Source of the DNA: Camelus dromedarius
Taxonomy: Eukaryota
NCBI RefSeq assembly: GCF_036321535.1
Contig: NC_087437.1
Location: 67,892,001 to 67,956,000 of the forward strand
Reading direction: 5' to 3'
DNA: 64,000 nt
Position numbers and translations under genes: made by a program. Under the pieces are notes generated by a model. That model was not told the origin of the DNA. It saw nothing but the letters and a program-made list of their open reading frames with translations, and did not search any database. Position 1 is the stretch's first letter; the number at the start of each line of letters is the position of its first letter. Shown piece after piece: positions 35,921 through 49,789 of the stretch.

Positions 35921-37770
35921 CTCCCTTTTCTTTTAAATTTCCTAAAAGGAACTCCATTTGATAACTTGTAAGAGAGGGAGAAAGCTAAGGATTAATATGA
36001 GGCTTTGGGTCGATTTATCCTATCCAGTTTTTGGACTTACAGAATGTAACTTTAAAGCCTTGAAGTAGGATTCAAAAGAATGTGATTGAAGTCTTCACAT
36101 TGGCACTTAAAAATTAGGTTACTTTACATTGGGCTTGTTACTTTTTTTAATCTCAACTTCCCCGTTTCTAGAGGTGACTGTAGTCAGTCAGTCTCTGAAT
36201 TTTAGGAATAATAACTTTTTAAACTCAACTATAAAGAGATAGAGTGAAAAGTGATATTTACATAGCTTTTTCTATCTGAGGTTGAGTTCTGAGAGAACTT
36301 GGAAAAAAGAATGGGCGAGCAGGATCTGACTTTAATTCCTGTGCAGATTACTCTTGGTGGTTATGTGTTCAGCAGAGGGGTTCTGCCTTCGGAGGCAGAG
36401 ACTAACTGGAAAGCCCTAGACTGATGTAGAGGACAGCTCTGTCTCAAACAGCACCCTCAAATCATGGCTAGTCTAGCCAGAAGAATGAATTAAAGATTAG
36501 AGTGCCCTACAAACAATTAAAAAGGGGAAAGATTTTTTGTTTTATTGAAAATTAGAACATTGCCAAACAAATAAAATGCAGGAAAACTTCTACAAAGAAC
36601 AGAGAAAGAAGAATTACAAATCTTCGGAGACTTTTACCTAGATAGAATGAAAAATACTAACTGTGTAAGTAGACTAAAAGGAAGGGAAAAACAGAATAAT
36701 TATAAAGGTGTGAGCAAGAAGAAATGGCAAAAAGAAAAACAGCCCAAAGGTGAATAAAAATGTAAGGGGGATAGTGGTGGGACTGTGACTTAGAGAGCTC
36801 AAGGTTGAGATGGGATGGAGAAAATAGGAAGGAGAAGTGGGGATGACAGTGGATTTATGAGTCACTCACTGCAAACAGAGCAAGTGCCTATCTTTAGGTG
36901 AGTGATGATGGATAACCAGTGGGGAACTGGCATCGCTTATATGTTAATTCTTCTTAAGCCTGTCAGGAGGAGCTCTTCTTATTGGGATCATTTCAAAAGC
37001 CTCAAGGCCACTATATAAAGGAAAAGGAGAAGGAGGCTCTGTACAGTAGGAGTGAGGATTTGGGATGGAGAACGGCTTGGGGGAGGGGTGCTGTAAATAG
37101 AGTCTCATTAGCACAGTCAAGCTTGGTGCCTGATTAATTATGGAGCACTTGATAAATAACGCCCTGAAGTGATGGAAATCAGGAGAAAAGGTACAGATAA
37201 TTGAATGGAATTGAAGAACTGGCAGTATTGAGAGCGTCATTAGCATATTTTTGCTGTTGTTGTTGTTCTTGGCAGCTGCCCTTGTCACAATCGACTCTGG
37301 GCTTCAGCAGCTGCACATTTTGGTGGGAGGGAAGGAGCAGACATAGGGAAGGATGGTGGCAAGTAGAAACTGTTGTCCTTTATAGAAGCCCAGAGGTCCA
37401 CTGGGGTTTGCAACCAGTCTCCTCCTCCCGAGTGGTAGGTGCCTTTCTCTCCTTCCTTTATGCAGAATTAACTTTTTCCTCCTCTCCTGCAGAAGTCAAC
37501 GTTGGGTGTGTGACCGCAGTTCTTAGCATGGATTATTTTGGATTGCTTTTAGAAAGCTAATGCCTTTCACAAGTCTCCTCTGAAGGTATTGCTGCTTGTG
37601 GTCATTTACCTTCTGTCCTGAATCAGACAAGTCAAGTTTCCGTTTTAGATGGTGTAAGAAAACATTATCCACACACGAGTTCTGGGTACATAACCCTTTG
37701 CTTGGCACTGTACATGTGCCTTCGAAAATGGGAATTTTTTCATTGTCAAACTTTTTTGTTCTCCCTATAG

Positions 37771-37859
37771 ATGTCTGAGCTTATTGGGAATCTCTGTGGT
37801 TTTTCACGAGTATACTAGCAATAAAACTGAGAGAAAATTTTCAATCCAGATACATTCAG
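37771..37859 (+). other. Candidate 89-nt internal exon, probably non-coding or UTR
   Basis: Acceptor cttttttgttctccctatag and consensus donor CAG|GTAAGT. Confidence 0.45.
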
Positions 37860-38642
37860 GTAAGTCTGGGCAAATTTGATGAAACAAATTCAAATTGAGC
37901 AGCAGTAGGAGTTTTCCATCTCTCCCTGGAAGAAGAAAGTGGATCCCCACCCAGGGACCGTGTTGCCCTTGTGCATGGAGATGGTGCTGCCTTCTGAGAC
38001 ACAGAATATGTTCCAGGTCAATGAGATACTGCTTGCTATGCTTAATTCTGCCTGTGGCCTGCAGCAGGGTGGTGTGTGGAGATGGGAAGCCTAGCAGAGG
38101 ATCTTAGGAGCTACATCTACCTTTGCTGACGTTTTAGTGCAGATAATAAAATAGCTTGGGGAGTGTCACATGAGATAGAACTGTTCTATCGAAAACCCTG
38201 CCACTTGGGATACTGCTGAGCTTTACCTGTCCCAAGTGTTTTTCTACTCAGTTAAATTTTTTCTCTCTTCTGTATGTTTTATTTTTGTTAAAGAAATAGA
38301 AGAACGAGTCCAAATAGAATAAAAATTGACCTAAATGCTTATTAGGACACATGCGTACTCAGTCTCTCTTAAGATATATTTTACTTACACAGAAACCACA
38401 ATAAAACCTTCCTTATACAGTAGCTACAGAACATGGGTAAACGTGGGGGTTGGGCTCTGGAGAACGCTTGAAGGCAGATAGATACAGAGAGGGACATGAG
38501 GAGCTGTTAGCTGTTAGCAGTGTTTCTCTATCATTTAGGAATCTCTTCTTAAAAAATCTTGATGCGTATCAGCTTCGTCTCAGCTTTGGTTTATATTTGT
38601 TTCCTCATCTTAATAGTCTGTTTAGGAGTGGTATTTTTTTAA

Positions 38643-39313
38643 TGTTTTGATTAATTTTCTTTTTTTGTATGCATATATTTTATTGAAATATAGTCAGTTT
38701 ACAATGTGTCAATTTCTGGTGTACAGAATAATGCTTCAGTCATATGTGAACATGTATTTGTTTTCATATTTTTCACCATGTTACTACAATATACTGAATA
38801 TAGTTCCCTGTGCTATGCAGTATGAACTTGTTATTTATTTATTTTATATATATATTTTAGTATCTACAAATCTTGAACTTCCAATTTATCCCTTCCCACC
38901 CCATCCCCCACAGTAATCATAAGTTTGTTTTCTATATCTGTGAGTTTGTTTCTGTTTTGTAAATAAGTTCATTTGTCTTTTTTTTTAGATTCCACATATA
39001 AGTGATATTATGTGGTAATTTTCTCTTTCTGGCTTACTTCACTTAGAATGACAATCTCCAGGTCCATCCACATTGCTGCAAATGGCATTATTTTATTGTT
39101 TTATGTGGAGATTCCTCCAAAGACTAAAAGTAGACTTACCAAATGATCTAGCAATCCCACTCCTGGGCATATATCCAGAGGGAACCTTAATTCATAAAGA
39201 GACACACCTCCGGTGTTCATAGCAGCAGTATATGCAATAGCCAAGACATGGAAATAACCTAATGTCCATCAACAGATGACTGGATAAAGATGTTGTGGTA
39301 TATTTATATAGAG
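38643..39313 (-). mobile_element. L1 3' end with 5' inversion (twin priming)
   Basis: 38643-~39104 is an antisense L1 3' end. ~39105-39313 is a sense ORF2 C-terminal segment. TSD GTGGTATTTTTT(T)AA at 38628-38642 and 39314-39327. Confidence 0.92.
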
Positions 39314-42300
39314 GTGGTATTTTTTAAGCACTTGAATATCTCCCTCGGTGTTGAAAAGTTGTGTTTTCATGAAGGTTTCCCAGGTGAATCACACAGTTCT
39401 TTCTTAGTGTAACCAGACCAGCCAGAAGCTCTATAGTGGTTTGTGTATTAAAACTAGTCAGTCAGCTCATGTCAGACATCTGCTAGGAATAAGGCAGGAT
39501 GCTCTATCCCAAGATCTAATCTAACGAGATCCTGAGAAGTTGAGTATGTAAAATTTCACAAGTACCTGATAACCTAGAACTGTAGACTAGCCATATAATT
39601 AATCTGGAAAATCCAGGCAGAGGTCTTCTGATTCATTCCAGATTCTTCAGCTGATAAGACAACTTCCCTGTTTTGTTTTTTTATCTGGGTCTGAAATTCA
39701 GGCTTAGACAGCAGCAATACTACTCCCATTTTTATTGGGAGTTGTTCTTGTTTTGGTTTTTGTTGGTGCTTTCTTGTTCTTTGTATTTATTCTGTTCTGG
39801 TATTTCACTGTTTACCAAGAGGCACAGCTCAACAAGAGGTTATGAAAAGAAACTTTTAGATTACTCAAATTCTTTCTTTGTTGAGCAGTGTGCTGACTCC
39901 ACGGATTTGTTCTGGAGTCCTTGTGGAAATTCCCAGGACAATGCAAACTCAGCTGACAACCACCTTGAACCACTAGGGAAAATTATGCAGAAAAAATGGA
40001 CTTAAAGGCCTGAGCAAAAGAAGTTCTTTTTTCATAAATTTGCTTTTCAGAAATTAGAAGTGACCAAAATTAGTAAATTGGAATTGCAATAGATTATGCT
40101 CTGAAGGCATGGGAATGAGGAGAAAAAGTTCTTCTTTTATTTTTTATTTTTTCCCAGAATCTGTCAGGAATTGTGATGAAAAACACCATTAAAATCTGGA
40201 GAGTGATTTTTTGAGAATGTCTGTATTTTTTCCTATAGTAGCCATTTTTTTGTTGTAATTCTTACATATCTAAAGTTGTCAAATCATTATTGTTGGTATT
40301 AAACCTACATCTCAGCATGCTCCTCTTATAGCCAGATCTCAACTCATAGATTGGCTTGCTTGCTTATAACTTAATGAGGAAGACCACAATGAAATGCTGC
40401 TATAATTAAAATGTCACAGATACTGAAGGGAGTCCAATGATTTTTTCTCATTTTCCATTTATTGCACATCTCAGTATCATTTTCATTTGTAAACAATGTC
40501 TCATTGTGTACATTAGTTCAGGTTGTGGTTACTTGTGCATTTTTGAACTTCCCTTTGACTTTAACACATATAATAAAATTTTCTTCTCAACGCTGGGGTT
40601 GAATTCTTATTCTAGGGAAGAAAGCAGTTTAGTTGTGTAGGAGACTTAATGAGCATACTTTGTAATTTAAGAATGGAAGTGAAATTGTTGCAAGAATTGA
40701 CATATCTGAGCCACTACTCATGGATATGTTTTATTAAAGTAAACATTCAGAAAATAAGAGGAATAGACAATCAGACATTCAGATATTTTGTCAATATGCT
40801 ATGAAGTGTCCAGATGTTTTGGAAACATCTGGTGTTTGATAATTTTGTTTATTCCCATGGCTGTTTAGTGTTGTATGTGCACAGAGATGTCCCCTTAATT
40901 TGAAGACTCTACTCATCTCTTAGAGCATTGTACTTCATGTTGCACACCTGAACATATAAAAACATACTTTATATCATGGTCCACTGTATTTGTGCATATT
41001 CACATTTACATCCACACTACCGCACAAATGTATCACAGAAACAACAGCTTCGCAAAGTAATATGTGGCCTTACTACTTGTGATGAATTTTTGTATTTTCT
41101 ATGCCTTTCCATTATTTTTGAAAATAAGTAATTCTGCATTAATTCTGCTGTCTGTGAATTATTGGGTTGTAACGCCCATTTCAAAAACTTGTATTAGAAT
41201 GTACCGCCAAACTTGAGGTGTCTCCCTTAGAGGAGAGTGTGGGTATAACATAATGGCATGTAACCTTTCAGTAAGATTCAGAACAGTAGTGCAGTTCAAG
41301 CTTTAATCTTCACAAGCACACTCTTTGTGTTCATAGTGGACTTTGTGAGTAATGTTAGGATCTTTTTAGCCCTCATCGGGGTCTCATCAAGGAAAGAAGA
41401 TTGGAGTTCGGAGGCAGGGTCTCTCGCGTTTGATTGCTTTTCAGAAGTTTTAATTGCCAGCCTTAGTGACGATTCCCTGGAGAAGAACTTAGTGGTCATT
41501 AGCAGCAAGCAAGATGCCAGTTCACTCAGGAGCTGTCAGCTACAAGTAGCCAACATTTTCCAGTGCCATCCTTTGTTTAATTTAGGTGGAGGAGCCTCAG
41601 TGTACCATAGCTGGCTCTGCCAGTGGGGAGTGATTTACCACCCCATTTTCAGAAGGCTCTTTAGTCTTGTCTTTTAGGAACATTTAGCACCTATAACTCA
41701 CCTGCTTGCACTAAGCATATCATCTGACTCATGTCTTTATGACCTAAAGGTGAAAAGTGTCACAGGGCATCTTGTTTACCTGGCAGCTTGCTATCCAAAG
41801 TATTTAGGCTTCTTATTCAAATCTTGACCATTCCTCTGACCACATTACTTTTCTAGACCTAAAGCAAGTCCCCCTATGGTCCTCATTACCTCCAGAGATT
41901 CAGAAACACTGAACTCTTTAAGCAAGGTTATTAGGCATCCCAGGGAAATGAAAATCTCTTCTGCCTATAATGACATATGGGGAAGAATAATAAACCTCAG
42001 GTTTCACGATGTACAGTGATATTTTTTTCAAGAAAATATTATTTACAGTGCTCTTCAATGATTTCTGCTTAAATTTGGACATATTTTCTCATTTTCGCTC
42101 TTTCTGAAAATGGAAAACAACTGCTCATTACCACTTTTGTAAAAACAAATGTGAAACTCCACATATTTATATATTTAATTGAAGGATGAATAATCCCAAT
42201 CTCAAGTTTTCCTCAAATATTTTCAATAAATATTATCCTCAAATCTTTCTGTTGTCCTAAATTACTTGAATGCATTTGCTTTTTGTCCCTTATTGGAGAG

Positions 42301-45300
42301 GTCAGAAATCTGGCCAGTATGCCATTCTGTCTATGGTGTGACTGAGTGGTTTCCTAAACTTTAGCCTAACAATCATGCATCCCAGCCTTTTCTGTATCAA
42401 TGATTTGTTCTGAGTAGATGCCAAGTATATATTTCTTTAATGGATAGATTTAAGTATGTTGCTATTTGGCTAGTAAATTTTGACTTCTGGATTTGTACAC
42501 TTGTCTGTCTTCCCATTTTTTTTTTCATTGTTCCTTCACAAACAGCAAGCAAGCATTACTCATTTTTATTCCTAGAACTTTGTGTGCATGGTTACTTTTC
42601 CAACATCTCAAGGGAATTTGAATTCTAGTCTATTTTTTAATTACTCTTGAGGTTTGTGTAATCTAATTAATAGTCAACTCTCTAACTCCTTTGTTCAGAG
42701 AACCAGTGAAATTGTCTTGTTTCCATGTCTGACTTATCTTGAACACCTGTTATTAAATGTATCCAAGGAAGTATTACCAACTGATGAATCCTCAATATAT
42801 TCCTACAGTCAGTTTTGTCTATATAATGCAGAAGACTAATGGTTCTGCGATTCTGCTATTTCCCAGAGTATGGAATTTCTGTGGCAGCTACATACCTACC
42901 AGATTTCATTGAAATATGTTAGAAATTAAAAAAAAAAAACTATGGCCATATGAAAAATGCGTTGACTGCCAGTTTGTTTTCAGATGGTCTACTGTAGTCA
43001 AAATTGAATTTAAGTTGTTTCTTGTTCCTTTTATAGACTATTGCATTTGGTCAGATTTAGCTCATTTAAATGTTATTGTGAAATGATCTAACACACCCTA
43101 GGTGCTAACGATAGATACTAACTGAACTCTTGGATAGAAGTGTTGTTTGAAAGGAATACTTGATTGTGTTCCATGATTTTGTTGGAGCCCAGGTGATAGA
43201 GACATATGGTAATGAAAGACGGCAGAGAGGAAAATATTCTCCACGTTTGAGGATGTTATTTTAGACTTTCACTTGCTTTGAAGGTAAAATGTACAAGATG
43301 CAAATGAGAGGATGACTAGGATATCAAATATAGTGTTCAGCTATAGAGATGTTGATGGTGCTTGGGCTGGGGTCAACATCGGGGACAGATGCATTAGGAG
43401 AAAATGATGCTTTTTGAGTCTGAAATGTTGGAAGAGTAGGGAACTCAGAAATAACACAGTGTAAATAATTTTCGCATGTATGATGGAGAATTGCATTAGT
43501 TACATCTCAACCATTTCTCTATGTTTCTCAAGAATAATTTTGGCTATTTATAGTTGTATTGATATATATTATGTTTCAACATACATCCTGCACATTCCTT
43601 CTCTAGGAGTGATTCATTTTCAAATATGTTATTAGCAGGAATGTATAGATTCACCAACAGGAGAAATAATGTAGATTCATCTAGTTAGAACCAAATGGAG
43701 CTGTATTTAGAGTTTTGTTCATCCTGTTAGTCTAGTTTATTCTGTTCCTCACTAGATACCTATTCACTTCATACTCTGTGTAGCTGGAGATAGGGAGGGA
43801 TACAAAAGAAATATAAAATACAGAGCCTGCTTTTCAGAAGTTTACAGATTATATAAGAATACAAGTCATATTCATGTGAAACAGTGCGTAATGATAAGAT
43901 GTGGTATGTACTTAAGGCCGAAATTAGCAATAAAGAGAGACATATGGACTCTTGTGGGCTGGGAGGGATTAGATAATAAAGAAGTCCTTAGAATTACCCA
44001 CCTCACACTGTCAGCTTACCGTTGGCCAGATTTGAGGACAGTTCTCTCTTTAGGGAGGAGAAATTTATGACGCTTCAGTTTGTTCATGTAGGTGACTCAG
44101 AATCATGTCAGTCCCGCTGCTGGCCCAGCTTGATCCTGTGCGCAGTTTTGTAGGGCTTGAACCCCTGTGTTAAACCTGGGGCAAGCCACAGTCATATTCC
44201 CTGCTGTCAGTTATTTAATCTTAGACTCTTATGCTTTTGTACCTTTAATATTCAAACAAGGGATGTATAATAGAATTGCCAAGCCAAGAAATGAATTGTA
44301 GTATATATTAAGTCAGCATGTTTTTGCAGACTTTGCCACAACATTTGGGATATTATAATTCTATGAGAATAATTCAGGGCTGTGGATTAGCAGGTGGATA
44401 TGATGGAAGGCCCAGGGACTTTGTGGTATTGTTTATTTCTGAAATGTTTGATCATAGACAGAGTTCAGTCAGCTAAGGTAAAATGATACCAATGGACTGG
44501 TAGAATAATGAGGATTAATAGACTGTAGGATAAGATGAAGATGAAATTTACATTCTTGGGGTGGGTAAGATGGGGGGGGGACCTGGAGCCCTGTAGGGCA
44601 GAGAAGATGATGTATTTTTTTCATTGTGTCCTCAGTGCTTAACACAGTATCTGGAACATAGTAGATAGGGTGACAAAGTCTGCTGGGTGACTGATGGTGG
44701 GAAAATATCAGATTTGAGATTCTGATTTCAAAGGATGATAAAAGATAAGGGGTAATGCCACAAGTGGATTCCAAGGTTGAAGAAATATGATGTCAAAGCA
44801 TTTCCTGGACATGGAGGAATGGTGAGCCAGAGTATTGGCTGGAGGCAAGTTGAGTTCATTACAAACAAGAAGAGAAAAGAAACCTCAAAGACAGTGAAAG
44901 CAGAAAGTGGGTTTAAAGCCCCTTGGGGAGCACAGAATAAACAGATCTCTTATCCCAGCTCCTTGAGGTGGTGGAGGTGGTGGGGTTCAGGGGAGGGACA
45001 AGTGACAATCTTAGAAAAGACTGTCAACTGGTAATTTTGGCTAAGCCATATTGATCAAGAGGAAGAAATGGTCTTAATCAAAAATGGAAAATAATTTGTT
45101 CAAAACAGAATAAAGATTCTGAATCAACTGGCACATGTGAGCCAGTCTTGGAAGAAGGAAACCTAAGGGAATGAGCTGATAGGAATAGAGTTGAGAATAC
45201 AGAAGTAAAAGAAAAAGTGAAAATAATAATAGGAATTAAGATAAATGGTGCAAGGAGGATTGGAAATACGATTTTTAAAGTCTTAAGCATACTTATTTTG

Positions 45301-46639
45301 CTGAAATTCCTGGGTATCCAAGTGAAATATCCAGTGAGCAGTTGAATATGTTTGAATGTAGTTATTTTATGTCTTTTGTTTTGATTACTTTCCTTTCAGT
45401 ATTTAATATTTTACAACGGAAGTGCACACTCTTACAAAACATGGATAATCATTGCTGGTGAGAAGTTTAAGATTGTTCAAGGTCATAAAGCTAGCATTTA
45501 GTGAGCTGTTAAGTGTGTGTCGGCACAGTTTGGAGAGCTTTAAAACATTAATTCATGTAATCGCCAAAAAGGCCCTGTGGGATAAGTACCAGTATTGTCC
45601 CAAAGCCATTGAGTAGAAAAAAGGTAAATAAATTAGAAGCAGACACCATAAAATTATAAACAAAAATGGTAAATAAATACACAGAAATTCAGTTGGAAAT
45701 GGGATGGGACTCTAACCAAAATTTTGAAACATGACCCTGTTTTACTTCCCAGTATTAACATGGTTTTTAATATTAAATTGCTCTGACAACCATCAACCTT
45801 TCTCCATTATTGTGGTACCTTCCTCTTGGCAGAGACTATTCACTTTTCTGCATTTAGCAAAAACAGAATGGGTTAAACAGTTGAGAGAGTAAACACTGAC
45901 AGAATAATGGGAGCCAACGTGTGAGCATTACAAAGAGACGAAGGATGACACATCATAATTCAATGGGACGATAAAAGGTGATGGATTTCCTAGCCACACA
46001 ATCCTTCACTGATGGGCTTGTATTGTTCTTTCTGATTCAGTGTGATTATTCTGGCCTGCAAGATACTGAGTGACCCTAGTGTTAGAAGCTACTAAAATAC
46101 ACTGTCGATCACTCATTCAGAGGTGAGATGAGCTCGCTGATAGAGAATCCCTAAACTTTTCCTACAAGTATCTGAGTTGATTGTCTATGCTATCCTGAAT
46201 TCACAGAATAGCTAACAAATACCTTGATTATAGGCCCAGGAAATGAGAGGTATATTTAAAGAGGTTGGGAGGTGGGAACTATATAAATTGTAAGACACTT
46301 GAGAGCTACTGGGAACAGGGATCAGATCAGTGCTTTTAGTGTCATGCCTACCAAACAGACTCTCCCTAAGTGTTTATTGAATTGAATTAAATTTAATTAA
46401 CAGAGAGCCAATAAAATATTTTGTACGATATGTATAAAATTATATACTCTTTCTAACATAAATTTAAAATGTTAATGTAGATGTGTACTTATTGACCTAG
46501 AGTGATGTTCACAGTGTACTGCTGGGTGAAAGAAGGAAGGTTCCACAATAAAATGTATGCTGAGTTGGCAGTTATGTTATCTAAGTGGAATATTACATAC
46601 GGATAGCTCTTTTTAATTGAAAAATCTTGAGGTCATGTC

Positions 46640-46885
46640 GCACAAGTTTTGAGGATATGGGCTTTAGAGTCACGCTGCAAAAGTTTTAATTCTAGATACC
46701 CCTCTAATCAGTTGTATAACTGTAAGTGACTTAATTTTTCTGTGCTTCAATTTTCTGATTTGTAAAATAGGAGAGCAATTGAACTTACCTCATAAGATTA
46801 TCATGAACATCAAGAGAGATCATGAGTATCAAAATGTTTAATGTCTGGTTTATAGTAAACATGCAAATAGTATAACCATTACCCT
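46640..46885 (+). mobile_element. MIR
   Basis: atgggctttagagtca...aagtgacttaatttttctgtgcttcaattttctgatttgtaaaatagg...cttacctcataag. Confidence 0.8.
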
Positions 46886-49789
46886 TACTGTCAGGAAAGA
46901 AATATTCAGTAGGATTTATCAAAATGTTAACAGCTTTTTGCCCTTTTTCCTTTAAGTGGGAATTAGTTTTAAATTATTTTACATTTTTTTAAATTAAGGA
47001 ATAAAATCACATAGAACCTTTGTGTTGGAAGAGAATTTAAATGCTATTTATCTCAATTTTCCAATAAATATCTCAGTACCTAAGTAGACTATGTATTCTC
47101 TGAGGGCAGAGCCTATATTTTCAAGTCTTTTCAAGTGCCTCACAGAGGAGTCATTGCTTAAGTACTGTTCTAATGTGATACGCTTAGAAAAATCAAGAGT
47201 CTTTGTCATTTCCCTCCCAAGGTACAGCCATCCCATCATGGGATGTATGTACTTAGACTCTTAAAACACTTCTCATTCTCCCTTTATGTCTGAGAGGGTT
47301 TCAGTAACATGGCCTCCTGGGGGCCAAAGAAAAACATTCTTTATCACTCTCCTGGGTCTTTTTCATAAGAAGAACTTAAACACAGAAGACTAGCTTTTCC
47401 TGGCATCATTAGCCTTAAGAGCTGTCTCCCAAACAGCATCCTGAATGCTTACAAAGAAAAATAAGAAGATTGCAGCACAAAGAGTACAGCACTAAAGATG
47501 CCCGTGAGAGAGTTATCTGTTGGAGTTTCCTACTCTCACATCTCTAACAAGTTGCCCCTACACACATATTTCATGAGGTGGTTCCCAGAATCATCTAGAG
47601 ATCGAGGGGAAAAGGGGAAAAAAGAGAAATTTGTACTTTAGACATGTATACCAGGTTACTTTTTAGATCTGGGGTTTTATTGGGATTAATAGTGTATTGA
47701 CCTCCAACTCCCCAGCTTTGCCTAGACTCCATGTACCTGTGGCCCTGGCCATGACCCAGGCTCTTCTATGGGTGAACCTTTAGTGGTACAACTGTGTGAT
47801 GGGAGCACTGAGAAGGGGAGTGCTAAAATATGTGTGGAAAGAGTAGATTAGACGCTACATACCATATAGCTGTCAAAGGAGCCACTTAGAGGACTTGAAC
47901 CACATGTACAGTAAAAAAAAAAAAAAAAGGTGAGAGACACACCACTTCCACTCTGTCTGGCATTGAAGAGATTGGGCTTGCTTTGGCTCTCTCATACGTG
48001 TTACCCACTTTGCATTGTGAAATAAGCCCTGGTTTTAATGAACACAGATTTGTACAGAGCTGCCCACATACAGTGAGAGATTAAGAGCAAACCATCTCAC
48101 GTTACGCAACTACTCTGTTCATTAAGAACACACTAATTACTTTTCCTGGTGAGTTCTTCCTTCCGGTGACCTCCAGGATTATTGGCTCTGCTTGTCTACT
48201 TGGACTTAAGGCAACCCTCAGGTCCTTGCTTAAGTTGATGTCTTTCAGTTTGCCTGGTCAAAAGACACTACTCTATTGCTCTGCTGGGACAGTAAGTTAA
48301 AAAAACATAGCAATGTTGAGGCATGTGTAAAAAGTCCAGGATGATGGTATTAAAATATATTTCTAACGTTCTGGAAGATTCTTCCAATCAGAGAGATGAG
48401 AGACTTTTTTAGGCTCTGAGAAGTATTACTTGGTTATGTTTACATTGAGTTTCTCAGAAGACATAAACTTTATTGTGGCTTTCTTCACATTGCCAATGCA
48501 ACATCATGACCCAATTGGAAACACGCATTTGTTTGCAGCATTAATCATTATGCACAGCCGAAGACTGCTGTTAGCCATTGAAAACTGCTGAAATCCATGG
48601 TTGCATGCTTGGTCCTGTTCCAGTTACCTGCTAGATCTAAACCTCAGTATTCTCACCTATAAAATGAGGATAATAAGTGATCTTGCCTCTTAGTGAGGAT
48701 TAAATGAGCAAATCCTCAAGCAGGTTTATCTACTTCTGTTATTTTCTTTCTCTTAGAACCAAGCTTTTTGTTCCTGAGCCACATCCTTCTCTCCCACCCC
48801 TAATAAACTATTGCATTTTTCTAGGTTTCATTTTTATATAAAGCCTTGTGGTTGTACCTACCCCCCCCCCACAGAACCCCTTAATGAATTGTTCAGAACT
48901 TAGTTTATCCCTTTCCTTCATTTCATAGTATTCACTCATTATCAAAATATCTAAATCACAAAAAAAAATATTTTCAATTAAGAGAGAAGCAGATTTCCTG
49001 TTCTCACTGGCGGGTGAAAAAAGATTCAAACACTTTTTTTTTCTCTTGAGGAAAAAATGTTTAGAATGCCATCTCCAGTTCCCTTATGAAAAAATATACT
49101 TTAATAACAGCTATAACATTTTTACTTTCAATATATGAGTAGCTAAAACAAGTACTATCTTAAAAATGCATTTTCACAAATGATAGTACAAGCCTTCCCA
49201 CTGTTGTTAATTTGATTAGCGCTATTCTGAAAATCTTACAATGGGCAGTTTTGGTATTAAGTTTATGTGAGACCTCAGGTAGAAGCTATTGCCAGAGATA
49301 CTGTTAAAACATGACTGAACTCCTAGGGGGTCAGTGATTTAATATTGCTCTGGCTGGCAGTAATGTATTTGTTGAAAGAACATGAATGGTCAAGCATGAA
49401 TATGTGGGACAATATTAAGAGTGTAATTGTCTATAAAGACTCAAGGCTACCCAGTTATTTCCATATTACTAGTTTCTCTTCTGAGTAATTCCACACAGCA
49501 TTAGAGAACTGAACTGAAATAGTTTGCATATTTTATACTTCCCAGGCCATCTTAATGGTATGAACACAGGGGGACAAGCATTTCTAGGTATCTTTTGCAC
49601 AGCCATTGTAAAGTAGCTGAAAACAGATCTTTTATCCTACTTATTCTTATGGAGATTAACTTGAATAAAACTTTCTGTTGAATTAAGAGGATGTCTGTAC
49701 TTGGTGAGTAGAAGTTCCTTTACATTTATTATATTCATTTGTTTATATTTGTTGGAATGCTAATCATTTAGTTTGAAATGAACTGGTCA

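Noticed and set aside
38174..38190. GATAGAAC-T-GTTCTATC inverted repeat as a steroid or heat-shock element
   Set aside because: Spacing fits neither a GRE nor an HSE, and the length is within chance.
44558..44580. G-quadruplex motif GGGG-T-GGG-TAAGAT-G9
   Set aside because: It depends on splitting a G homopolymer and has no supporting context.
47630..47930. Processed pseudogene ending in the A16 run
   Set aside because: No TSD, no polyadenylation signal and no recognisable source gene.
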